Source of the DNA: Alphaproteobacteria bacterium
GTDB lineage: Bacteria; Pseudomonadota; Alphaproteobacteria; MPNO01
Reading direction: 5' to 3'
NCBI GenBank assembly: GCA_964291675.2
Contig: OZ219866.1
Location: forward strand, 1,792,001-1,856,000
Length of the DNA: 64,000 nt
Shown: piece by piece, positions 55,550-64,000 of the stretch
How the letters are laid out: each line of letters opens with the position of its first letter
Numbering within the stretch: position 1 is the first letter of the stretch
The notes under the pieces: model-generated
Seen by the model: the letters and a program-made list of their open reading frames with translations, nothing else
Database searches by the model: none
Told to the model about the DNA's origin: nothing
Position numbers and translations under genes: made by a program

Positions 55550-56317
55550 ATGGAGCTTCGCCTCGCCGGCCTTCACCATGCCTATGGCGATGTCGAGGTG
55601 CTGCGGGGGATCGATCTCGACATCCCCGAGGGGCGCATCGTCTGCGTCATCGGGCCGTCGGGCTGCGGCAAGTCGACCCTGCTGCGCCTGATCGGCGGGC
55701 TGGAGCGGCCCGACCGGGGGGACGTGATCCAGATCGGCGAGCCGCCGCCCGGCTCGCTCAACCCGCTGACCTATATCTTCCAGGATTTCGCGCTGCTGCC
55801 CTGGCGCACCGTCGAGGGCAATGTGCGGATCGTGCTGGAGGACCACCCGCTCGGGCGCGCCGAGACCGCGCGGATCGTCGACGACGTGCTCGCCCGCACA
55901 AGGCTCGCGGAGTTCCGCTCGGCGTTTCCGCGCCAGCTCTCGGGCGGCATGAAGCAGCGCGTCGCCATCGCCCGCGCGCTCTCGGTCTCGCCCGCCTTCC
56001 TGCTGATGGACGAGCCGCTGTCGGCGCTCGACGCCCAGACCCGCGAATTGCTGATGGACGATTTGATCGAGCTCTGGACGCGCGAGGGATTCTCGGCCGT
56101 CTACATCACCCACAACCTTCAGGAGGCGGTCAGGCTGGGCCACCGGGTGGCGGTGCTGTCGCGCCGCCCCGGGCGGGTCCGCGAGATCCTGGAGATCGAC
56201 CTGCCGCTCGATGCGCGCCAGGCGCACGGCCGCGAGCTCGAAGGGCATCGGCAACGCCTCTGGACGCTGCTGCGCGACGAGGCCCAGGCGGCCGAGCTGG
56301 AGCTGGTCGGTGGCTGA
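55550..56317 (+). CDS. ABC transporter ATP-binding protein (NitT/TauT family)
   Basis: GPSGCGKST, LLPWRTV, LSGGMKQR, LLMDEPLSALD, ITHN. Confidence 0.92.
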   Translation: MELRLAGLHHAYGDVEVLRGIDLDIPEGRIVCVIGPSGCGKSTLLRLIGGLERPDRGDVIQIGEPPPGSLNPLTYIFQDFALLPWRTVEGNVRIVLEDHPLGRAETARIVDDVLARTRLAEFRSAFPRQLSGGMKQRVAIARALSVSPAFLLMDEPLSALDAQTRELLMDDLIELWTREGFSAVYITHNLQEAVRLGHRVAVLSRRPGRVREILEIDLPLDARQAHGRELEGHRQRLWTLLRDEAQAAELELVGG

Positions 56318-57113
56318 GCCGCGGGATGCCGGCAGGACCGTCCCCTTCCGCGGCGGCGGGTTCCTGCCGAGGCCGCTTGGCGTCGTCGGGCCGCTGGTGT
56401 TCCTCGCCGTGCTCGGGCTGTGGGAGGCGGGGTGCCGCACGGGGCTGATTCCGCCGCTGGTGCTGCCGGCGCCGTCGGAGGCGCTGGCGGCGCTCGCGCA
56501 TCTGTTCGAGACCGGGCTGTTGTGGAAGCATGTGGGCGCGTCGTTGCAGCGGCTGGTGCTGGGCTGGACGCTGGGCACCCTGCTCGGCATGGCGGTCGGC
56601 GTCTCGATCGGGCTGTTCTCGCTCGCCCGCGCCGGGCTGGCCCCGGTGGTCGCGGCGATCTTCCCGATCCCCAAGATCGCGCTCTTGCCGCTGTTCGTGA
56701 TCTGGTTCGGCATCGGCGAGGGCTCGAAGGTGGCGACCATCTTGTTCGGCACCTTCTTCCCCACCGTGGTGGCGACCTATGGCGGGGTCGACAATGTCGA
56801 CCGCAGCCTGATCCGCATGGCGCAGTCCTTCGGCCTCTCCTGGCTCTCGATCGTGCGCAAGATCATCCTGCCGGGCGCGCTGCCGGCGATCCTGCCGGGG
56901 TTCCGCATCTCGGCGGCCATCGCCATCGTGCTGCTGGTCGCCGCCGAGATGATCGGCGCCGAGTTCGGCATCGGCGCCTATATCCTGCTGGCCGGCAGCC
57001 TGATGGCGATGGACGAGCTGATCGCCGGCGTCGCCATCCTGTCGGTGCTCGGGCTCACCGTGAACTGGCTGATCGCCCGCGCCGAGCGCTTCCTGCTGCG
57101 CTGGCGGCTATAG
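56310..57113 (+). CDS. ABC transporter permease (NitT/TauT family)
   Basis: PIPKIALLPLFVIWFGIGE, LPGALP, LVAAEM. Confidence 0.9.
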   Translation: MAEPRDAGRTVPFRGGGFLPRPLGVVGPLVFLAVLGLWEAGCRTGLIPPLVLPAPSEALAALAHLFETGLLWKHVGASLQRLVLGWTLGTLLGMAVGVSIGLFSLARAGLAPVVAAIFPIPKIALLPLFVIWFGIGEGSKVATILFGTFFPTVVATYGGVDNVDRSLIRMAQSFGLSWLSIVRKIILPGALPAILPGFRISAAIAIVLLVAAEMIGAEFGIGAYILLAGSLMAMDELIAGVAILSVLGLTVNWLIARAERFLLRWRL

Positions 57114-57974
57114 GTAGTTCGCCCGGTACCAGTCGTTGATGTCGCCGCCCTTCGTCACCCACACCTCGGCGCGCTGGCGGATGTAGCCGAGCGCCTTGTC
57201 GAGATACCTGGCGCGGAAGGCGTGGCCGATCAGGAAGGGGTGGAGGCAGATCGCCATCACCCGGCCCGTCGCCGCGCCGTCCTCGTAGAGCACGTCGAAC
57301 TGATCGACGATCATCCGATAGAACTCCTCGGCGCCCAGCCCGCGGTCGAGGAAGGCCGGGATGTCGTTGATCTCGATCGAGTAGGGCACCGAGATCAGCG
57401 AGCCCTGTTTCACGTCCATCGCATAGGGCTGCTCGTCGTTGACCCAGTCGCAGACATACTCGATGCCGTTCCCGGCGAGGATGTCGGGCGTGTTGAAGCT
57501 CTCGCTCAACGCCGGGCCGAGCCAGCCTTTGGGCGCCGTCCCGGTGCCTTGCTCGATGGTCGCGACGATGTCGCCGATCAGCGCCCGCTCCTCGTCCTCG
57601 GGCTGGGCGTTGAACAGCACCGAGTTGGTGCTGCCATGCCCCATCCACTCCCAGCCGAGCTCGTTGCCGGCCTCGACGATGCGCGGGTATTGCCCGCAGA
57701 CCTCGGAGTTGAGCGCAACCGTGCCCTTGACCCCGTGGCGCTCCATCACCTCCATCATGCGCCAGATTCCGACCCGCACGCCGAAATCGCGCCACGAATA
57801 GTTGAGCACGTCGGGCTTGAGATGGGCGGTGACCGCGGTGACCGAGGTCGAGGGCTTGTCCCAGTGGAAATGCTCGATATTGGGGATCACCCAGACCGCG
57901 ATCCGCGCCCCGCCCGGGAAGCGCAGCTTCTCGCGGTCGACGATCGGCGAGTAGGCGAAGCGTCCGTGTTCCAT
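57108..57974 (-). CDS. Polysaccharide deacetylase family protein (PuuE-like)
   Basis: IPNIEHF, DFGVRVGIWR, EWMGHG, GWLGP, NDEQPY, LHPFLIG. Confidence 0.85.
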   Translation of the reverse strand: MEHGRFAYSPIVDREKLRFPGGARIAVWVIPNIEHFHWDKPSTSVTAVTAHLKPDVLNYSWRDFGVRVGIWRMMEVMERHGVKGTVALNSEVCGQYPRIVEAGNELGWEWMGHGSTNSVLFNAQPEDEERALIGDIVATIEQGTGTAPKGWLGPALSESFNTPDILAGNGIEYVCDWVNDEQPYAMDVKQGSLISVPYSIEINDIPAFLDRGLGAEEFYRMIVDQFDVLYEDGAATGRVMAICLHPFLIGHAFRARYLDKALGYIRQRAEVWVTKGGDINDWYRANYL

Positions 57975-57985
57975 GCCTTCCTCCG

Positions 57986-58639
57986 CTAGCGGTTGTGGCC
58001 GATCGTCGACAGATATTGCAGCGCCTCGTCGAGCGAGACCACGTCGGCGTATTTGGCGTTGAGGTCGAACAGGCTCTGGTCGTGCGCCGCCTGCGAGCGG
58101 TCGCCGACCGCCTCGCGCACCACCATCGGCCGGAACCCGACCTGGCAGGCGTCCACCGCGGTCGCGCGGACGCAGCCCGAGGTGGTGCAGCCGGTGATGA
58201 TCAGCGTGTCCACGCCATGCGCCATCAGCCGCGAGACGATGTCGGTGCCGTAGAAGCAGGAGGCGTATTTCTTGACCAGCAGCGTGTCGCCGGGGCGGAA
58301 GTCGAGCCTGGAATCGACCTCGACCCCGTCGTCGCCCGCCTTCAGCGTGACCACCCCCTTCTGCTTGAGCGCCCAGATTCCGGCGTCCTTCAGGTCGTCG
58401 TCCTCGTAGATCACGGTGGAGAAGATCACCGGGATGTCGCGCTCATGCGCCGCCTCCAGCAGCGGCTCGATCGCCTCGATCTCCTCGTCCAGGTCGGCGC
58501 CCAGCATGCGGTCCGGGTCGGTGAAGGCCTTGAGCATGTCGATCACGATCAGCGCCGGCCGCTCGCCGAAGCCGATCCTGAGCCCGAACCCCCGTTCGGC
58601 GAAGAACGCCTCGTCGGTCTTTTCGGCCTGTCCTGCCAT
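57986..58639 (-). CDS. Isochorismatase family amidase (N-carbamoylsarcosine amidase / NicF-like)
   Basis: GFGERPALIVID, KKYASCF, GCTTSGCVRATAVDA, KYADV. Confidence 0.85.
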   Translation of the reverse strand: MAGQAEKTDEAFFAERGFGLRIGFGERPALIVIDMLKAFTDPDRMLGADLDEEIEAIEPLLEAAHERDIPVIFSTVIYEDDDLKDAGIWALKQKGVVTLKAGDDGVEVDSRLDFRPGDTLLVKKYASCFYGTDIVSRLMAHGVDTLIITGCTTSGCVRATAVDACQVGFRPMVVREAVGDRSQAAHDQSLFDLNAKYADVVSLDEALQYLSTIGHNR

Positions 58640-58809
58640 GTCTTCCTCCCACATCCGCCGTCAGGCAACCCGGCGAACGTTACGATGTTTCGGGCGGGCG
58701 GGTACAGGGCAGGCCAACGCAGGCGTTGTCCCGGCGCCGCGGCTGGGGTCATACTCCCGGCGGGAGAAACGTCCGGGCGATCCGCCCGGCACGACAAGGA
58801 GACAGCGCG

Positions 58810-59874
58810 ATGAGGAGACTTGACCGCGTCCCGTTGATTGCCGCCGGACTCTGCGCGGCGCTGGCCGCCTGGCCCGCGGCGGCCGACAAGACCTACGAGA
58901 TCAAGATCGGCTTCGTGACGATCAACGATTCCCAGCACCGGGCGGCGGAGCTGTACAAGGCGGCGCTGGAGAAGCGGACCGGCGGGCAGCTCAAGGTGAG
59001 CATCTTCCCGGCCGCCCAGCTCGGCACGATCCCGCGCCAGCTCGAGGGCATCCAGCTCGGCACCCAGGAGTTCTTCGTCACCCCGCCGGGATTCTTCCAG
59101 GGCATCAACCCCGCCTTCCAGGCGCCCGACGCGCCCGGGCTGTTCGACTCGAACTGGCACCAGCACTTGACGATGAACCACCCGAGCGTGCGCGGCGAAT
59201 TCGTCAAGCTGGGCGAGAAGGCCGGCATCGTGCCGACCTTCATCTGGTCCGCGGGCGTCGGCGCGATCGCCTCGCGCGAGCCGATCCGCACCCTCGCCGA
59301 CCTCCAGGGCAAGAAGCTCCGCGTGCTGGCGACCAAGATGGAGATCGCGCTGATGGACACTTTCGGCGCGGCCGGCATACCGATCCCGTACTCGCAGGTC
59401 GTCCCGTCGATCCAGAAGCGGGTGGTCGACGGCGCGCGCAGCGCGATCATCGTCATGGGGCCGTCCAAGTTCTACACCGTGGCGAAGTACCTGACGCGGA
59501 CGGCGGGCGGCTATATCCCGACCGGCGCCTATGCCAGCATGGCGGCGCTCAAGAAGCTGCCGCAGGACCTGCAGACCGCGATCTGGGAGGAGGGCGCGAA
59601 GCTCGCCGATCCGTCGGTGGAGGTCGCCGTCGAAATCACCACCCATTGGGAAAGGCAGTGGACCAAGGAGGGCGGCGAGGTCATCGATCTGTCCGATGCC
59701 GACCGCAAGGAGTTCTTCCGCCGCGCCAAGCCGCTCGGCGACAAGATCCTCGGCAGCAACCCGAAGATCGCGCCGATGTACAACCTCATCAAGGCGGCGG
59801 CCGAGAAGACCCGCGCCGATGCGGCCGTGAAGCACAAGGCCACGATGATGCGGCTGGAGAAGGAAATGAAGTAG
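58810..59874 (+). CDS. dctP: TRAP transporter substrate-binding protein
   Basis: Signal peptide, FPAAQLG, GKKLRV, VVDG. Confidence 0.85.
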   Translation: MRRLDRVPLIAAGLCAALAAWPAAADKTYEIKIGFVTINDSQHRAAELYKAALEKRTGGQLKVSIFPAAQLGTIPRQLEGIQLGTQEFFVTPPGFFQGINPAFQAPDAPGLFDSNWHQHLTMNHPSVRGEFVKLGEKAGIVPTFIWSAGVGAIASREPIRTLADLQGKKLRVLATKMEIALMDTFGAAGIPIPYSQVVPSIQKRVVDGARSAIIVMGPSKFYTVAKYLTRTAGGYIPTGAYASMAALKKLPQDLQTAIWEEGAKLADPSVEVAVEITTHWERQWTKEGGEVIDLSDADRKEFFRRAKPLGDKILGSNPKIAPMYNLIKAAAEKTRADAAVKHKATMMRLEKEMK

Positions 59875-59885
59875 CGCGGCGCGGC

Positions 59886-59997
59886 GTCCTTCGATACGCG
59901 GCTTCGCCGCTGCTCGGGATGAGGGAATTTGCCGGGGCACATCGATCCGCCCTCATCCTGAGTAGCCCCGGACTCGATCCGGGGCGTATCGCAGGAC
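59886..59997. repeat. REP/REPIN-like inverted palindromic element, copy 2
   Basis: Left arm matches 19552-19591 at 38 of 40 nt. Right arm is CCCTCATCCTGAGTAGC-CCCGGACTCGATCCGGG-GCGTATCGCAGGAC. Confidence 0.85.
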
Positions 59998-60039
59998 GGC
60001 CCCGGCCGGTGCGCCATGCGAAATCTGGGAGACCGAACG

Positions 60040-60927
60040 ATGTCTGAACCGATGCGGGTCCGGGTGGCGCCCAAGGGCATGGGCATCAACGAGTTCGTCG
60101 CCATGGAGGAGGGCTTCTTCCGCGACGCGGGGCTCGATGTCGAATTCGACATGCAGGTGTTCCGCGGCACCCAGTCGAGCTGGAAGGGGCTCGACTATTT
60201 CGAGCGCCCGCAGGACCGCCCGTTCGCGGAGAACGGCGCCGAGAACCTGATCCAGTGCGCCTGCCAGTGGGGAACGGTGAGCAATGCCGCCTCCGGCATG
60301 GGCAAGGCGGTGCGCGACTGCTACGGCGTCTCGCCCTGGGGGATCTTCGTGCGCCCCGATTCGGAGATCCGCGCGCCCGAGGACCTGGCGGACGTGCCGA
60401 TCGCGGTCGGCATGCGCGCGGGCAGCCATTTCAACGTGCCCTACCGGCTGGAGAAACACCTGCCCCTGGAGCGCATCGACTGCCTCAATGTCGGCGGGTT
60501 CTCGGCCCGGCTGGAGGCGCTGCTCTCGGGCGAGGTGGAAGCCGCCAGCCTGCTGCCGCCGCAGATCGACATGGCGAAGCAGCTCGGCATGCGCGCGATC
60601 CTCGAGGACGAGTTCATCACCATCTGGTGGGTCCCCGAAACGATGCCGCGCGCGGCGCTGAAGGGCTATATCGACGCGCTCGCCCGGGCGGAACGGGCGA
60701 TCGAGGCCGATCCGGGCAGGTACCTGCCGGCGTGGCGGCACTGCATCCCCGAGACCTTCGCGGACCGGGGCTGGGATTTCGCGCGCTTCAGCCGCGGCGA
60801 GCGGTTCGTCAGGGCGCCGCTCCCGGACGGGCTGATCGAGGAGATCTTCGAGCAGGTCGACCGCTGGGATCTCGCCCAGTACATCGAGGAGCGCGCGCCC
60901 GACCGCCTGCTCTACGCCGTGGAATAG
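60040..60927 (+). CDS. Solute-binding-fold (NMT1/SsuA-like) protein without a signal peptide
   Basis: [44 protein letters not shown]. The N-terminus has no hydrophobic h-region. Confidence 0.7.
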   Translation: MSEPMRVRVAPKGMGINEFVAMEEGFFRDAGLDVEFDMQVFRGTQSSWKGLDYFERPQDRPFAENGAENLIQCACQWGTVSNAASGMGKAVRDCYGVSPWGIFVRPDSEIRAPEDLADVPIAVGMRAGSHFNVPYRLEKHLPLERIDCLNVGGFSARLEALLSGEVEAASLLPPQIDMAKQLGMRAILEDEFITIWWVPETMPRAALKGYIDALARAERAIEADPGRYLPAWRHCIPETFADRGWDFARFSRGERFVRAPLPDGLIEEIFEQVDRWDLAQYIEERAPDRLLYAVE

Positions 60928-60956
60928 AGGCAAAAGGGGGGCTGGCGGCGAGCGGC

Positions 60957-61478
60957 ATGCGCGAACGGGTGGAGATCTTCGCGGGCGATATCACCGCGCT
61001 CGCGGTGGACGCGATCGTGAACGCGGCCAACAACGCGCTGCTCGGCGGCGGCGGGGTGGACGGGGCGATCCACCGCGCCGCCGGGCCCCGCCTGCTCGCC
61101 GAGTGCCGCACGCTGGGCGGCTGCGACACCGGCGATGCCAAGGCGACCGGCGGCTACGACCTGCCGGCCCGTTTCGTGATCCACACCGTGGGCCCGGTCT
61201 GGCAGGGCGGCGGGCAGGGCGAGCCCGAGCTGCTCGCGCGCTGCTATCGCCGCTGCTTCGAGATCGCCGAGGAGAAGCGGCTCGCCTCGATTGCCTTCCC
61301 GGCGATCGGCACCGGGGTCTACGGCTACCCGCTGGAGGCGGCGACCCGCATCGCGGTGACCGGGACCAGGGACCGTCTCGCGGGCGGCGGCGGGCCGGAG
61401 AGGGTGGTGTTCGCCTGTTTCGGCGCCGCGGCGCGGGACATGTACATTTCCCTGGTCGACGAGATCCTTCCCCGGTAA
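60957..61478 (+). CDS. Macro-domain O-acetyl-ADP-ribose deacetylase (YmdB-like)
   Basis: [45 protein letters not shown]. Confidence 0.92.
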   Translation: MRERVEIFAGDITALAVDAIVNAANNALLGGGGVDGAIHRAAGPRLLAECRTLGGCDTGDAKATGGYDLPARFVIHTVGPVWQGGGQGEPELLARCYRRCFEIAEEKRLASIAFPAIGTGVYGYPLEAATRIAVTGTRDRLAGGGGPERVVFACFGAAARDMYISLVDEILPR

Positions 61479-61507
61479 TCCCGCCCGCAAGTTCGAAGAG
61501 AGCAAGC

Positions 61508-63061
61508 ATGAAATTCACCTCCGGCCCGGCAATCTCGGCCAACCCCAACCCGCGCGCGCCGCTCGCCGCGGTCGTCGAATTCGCCACCGACGTGCCGTCG
61601 CGGGCGGTCGTGGACGTCTCGGCTTCGGACCGCAAATGGCGGGCCGCGCCCGGCGGCGCGGCGCGAACCCGGCACCGCGTGCCGGTGGTCGGCGTCCGCC
61701 CCGGCGAGACCTGTACGGTCACCGTCTCGGCCGAGGGGTCCGCAGGCAGCCGGATCGCCGCGCCGGCGCCGCTCTCCTTCGCCGCGCCGCCGCTGCCCGA
61801 CGGCTTCCCGCCCATCGCGGTCAAGACCTGCGTGCCGGAGAGGCGCGAGCCCGGGGCGATGCTGTTCAACATCCGCCACTCGCCGGCCTCCGAGCATCAT
61901 GACGATTTCGGTCTCATCGTCGCCGTCGACCGCGGCGGCGGGGTCGCCTGGTACTACAGCATCGGCGAGGCGGTCGGCGACGTGCGCCGGCTCGCCAACG
62001 GCAACATCCTCTATGTCGCCGACGGTCGCATCTGCGAGATCGACCTGCTCGGCGACACCGTGGCCGAGTGGTACGCCGAAGGGCGGTGGCGGGGGAAGAC
62101 GCCGCCCGCAGGTGCGATCCCGGTGGCGGCCGGGATGTTCCACCACGCCGTCATCGAGCTGCCGTCGGGCAATATCCTGGCGTGCAGCATGGAGATCCGC
62201 GAGATCGACGGATTTCCCCTCAAGGAGGAGGAGCCCGACGGCGAGACCGGGACGGCGCGGGTGGTGGGCGACGTGATCGTCGAGTTCGCGCGCGACGGCA
62301 CGGTGGCGAACGAGTACCGGCTGCTCGACCTGCTGGACCCGCGCCGGGTGTGCTATGGCAGCCGCGCCGCCTACTGGGTGCATCGCGGCTATCCCGATAC
62401 CTGCGACTGGAGCCACGTCAACGGGCTCGCCTATGACGCGGATGCCGGGCGGATCGTCGCCTCGGTCCGCCACCAGGACTGCATGCTCGGCATCGACCGG
62501 GCGCGTGGCGCGCTCGACTGGATCCTCGGCACCCCGGCCAACTGGCGCCCGCCCTGGTCGGAGAGGCTGCTCGTCCCGGAGGGCGGGCTCGAATGGCAGT
62601 ACCACCAGCACGACTGCTCGGTCACGCCGTCCGGCACGATCCTCTGCTTCGACAACGGCAACGGTCGCGCGACCCCGCCCGATCCGAAGATGGAGGACGC
62701 CGCGAGCTACAGCCGGGCGGTCGAGTTCGCGGTGGACGCGGACGCCCGGACGGTGCGCCAGGTGTGGTGCCGCGGACAAGGCGAGGACGGCACCTACTCG
62801 GCCTTTCAGAGCGGCGTCTGCCGCCTGCCCCGGACCGGCAACGCGTTCGTCAACTATGGCGGGGTGTGCACCGTCGACGGCGTGCCGTCCGGCAGGGTCT
62901 ATCTGGGACACTGCCGCGCGCGGCTGATCGAGGTCGCCCCGGGCGCGCCCGGCGAGATCGTCTTCGAGCTGGTCGTCGACGACGCGGCCGCCGACGACCC
63001 GGCGGCGCTGTCGTCGTTCCGCGCCGAGCATTTTCCCGATTTCGGGTCGGAACCCGGCTAG
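61508..63061 (+). CDS. Aryl-sulfate sulfotransferase (ASST) family protein
   Basis: NP..APL N-domain, HHAVIELPSGN, DWSHVNG, SVRHQ, YHQHD, FDNG, SRAVEF. Confidence 0.82.
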   Translation: MKFTSGPAISANPNPRAPLAAVVEFATDVPSRAVVDVSASDRKWRAAPGGAARTRHRVPVVGVRPGETCTVTVSAEGSAGSRIAAPAPLSFAAPPLPDGFPPIAVKTCVPERREPGAMLFNIRHSPASEHHDDFGLIVAVDRGGGVAWYYSIGEAVGDVRRLANGNILYVADGRICEIDLLGDTVAEWYAEGRWRGKTPPAGAIPVAAGMFHHAVIELPSGNILACSMEIREIDGFPLKEEEPDGETGTARVVGDVIVEFARDGTVANEYRLLDLLDPRRVCYGSRAAYWVHRGYPDTCDWSHVNGLAYDADAGRIVASVRHQDCMLGIDRARGALDWILGTPANWRPPWSERLLVPEGGLEWQYHQHDCSVTPSGTILCFDNGNGRATPPDPKMEDAASYSRAVEFAVDADARTVRQVWCRGQGEDGTYSAFQSGVCRLPRTGNAFVNYGGVCTVDGVPSGRVYLGHCRARLIEVAPGAPGEIVFELVVDDAAADDPAALSSFRAEHFPDFGSEPG

Positions 63062-63068
63062 GGCGGCG

Positions 63069-64000
63069 CTACTCCATCAGCCCGGGCAGCCACAGCACGG
63101 TGCCGGGGAAGGCGATCATCACCGCCATGACGATCAGGTTGAGCCCGACGAAGGGGAGCGCCGCGCGGTAGACGTCGTTCATCGTCGTCGACGGCGAGGC
63201 GATGCCCTTCATCACGAACAGCGACAGCCCGAAGGGCGGCGAGATGGTGGCCATCTCCAGGTTCAGCACCATGATCGCGCCGAACCACACCGGGTCCCAG
63301 CCCATCGCGCCGACGATCGGCATGAAGATCGGGATGGTCACCATGACGATCGAGGTCTGCTCGATGAACATGCCGAGAAAGATCACCGCGAGCTGCATCA
63401 GGATCAGGATGACGATGGGGTGCACCGGCAGGTCGGAGGCGAGCCGGGTGATCGCGGGCGTGACGCCGGAGAAGCTGAGCAGCTGGCCGAAGGCGGCCGA
63501 GCCGGTGAGGATCAGGAGCACCATCACCGAGAGCGAGGTCGCCGAGCCGACCGCCTTGCGGATCACCTCCCGGGTCAGGCGGCGGTAGAGCGCGGCGACG
63601 GCGAAGCTGAGCAGCGCGCCCACCGCTGCCGCCTCGGTCGGTGTCGCGATGCCGAGGAAGATCGTCCCGATCACCAGCAGGATCACCGAGACCGGCGGCA
63701 GCACGTAGCGCGCGGTATCGCCGAGCCGGCGCGGCAAGGGCGTCGACTCCACCGCATAGGCCGGCGCGAGAGACGGCTGCAAGTGGCAGCGGATGACGAT
63801 ATAGGCGACGTAGATCAGCGCCAGCAGCAGGCCGGGCACGATGATGGCGATCAGCAGCTTGCCGACCGAGAACCGGCCGAGGCTCGCGAGAATCACCGCA
63901 AGCGCGCTCGGCGGGATCATGATCGCCAGGCTGCCGCTGGCGAGGATCGGGCCGAGCGACATCGACTTCGCATAGCCCCGGCGCTCCATGTCGGGGGCGA
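63069..64000 (-). CDS. dctM: TRAP transporter large permease (5' end outside the window)
   Basis: MIPPSA, ATPTEAAA, DPVWFG, SPPFGLSLF. Confidence 0.9.
   Translation of the reverse strand, partial: APDMERRGYAKSMSLGPILASGSLAIMIPPSALAVILASLGRFSVGKLLIAIIVPGLLLALIYVAYIVIRCHLQPSLAPAYAVESTPLPRRLGDTARYVLPPVSVILLVIGTIFLGIATPTEAAAVGALLSFAVAALYRRLTREVIRKAVGSATSLSVMVLLILTGSAAFGQLLSFSGVTPAITRLASDLPVHPIVILILMQLAVIFLGMFIEQTSIVMVTIPIFMPIVGAMGWDPVWFGAIMVLNLEMATISPPFGLSLFVMKGIASPSTTMNDVYRAALPFVGLNLIVMAVMIAFPGTVLWLPGLME

Noticed and set aside
60957-61478. Macrodomain as a DarG antitoxin partnering the DUF488 pair
   Set aside because: It looks like a stand-alone YmdB-type macrodomain with host-like composition, lies 37 kb away, and has no darT neighbour.

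Overview
GC-rich, densely coding bacterial chromosome segment. Gene content and protein styles (argH next to tlpA, etfBA-hbd, a twin-TM small protein, purB, many TRAP/TAXI transporters) suggest an Alphaproteobacterium, probably Rhodospirillales-like (inference). Most of the window is ordinary metabolism: arginine and purine genes, leucine catabolism (ivd-mccB-mccA), part of the hut pathway, and scattered aromatic-catabolism genes (LigAB-like, two LigI-like, PrpF/GalD-like, UbiD, and a MarR-controlled hydroxycinnamoyl-CoA hydratase-lyase operon with an LLM oxygenase and a Mo-hydroxylase). The accessory signal is concentrated in five places. (i) Two adjacent giant secreted surface proteins (45983-54401) share an unusually long C-terminal beta-barrel region and an upstream 10-mer; one has ten 114-aa cadherin-like repeats with a hidden two-unit periodicity. 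(ii) A coupled pair of DUF488 genes sits after hutF. (iii) An orphan MqsA-like XRE gene lies at 38396-38902. (iv) A decayed mobile-element-like patch (42750-44170) has RHH/MobC-like remnants, helically phased CGAC motifs and a small TM/coiled-coil protein. (v) Two copies of a REP-like inverted element have exchangeable apical hairpins. I saw no rRNA, tRNA, CRISPR array, intact transposase, integrase or reverse transcriptase. All family calls come from motif recognition by eye; no database search was run.
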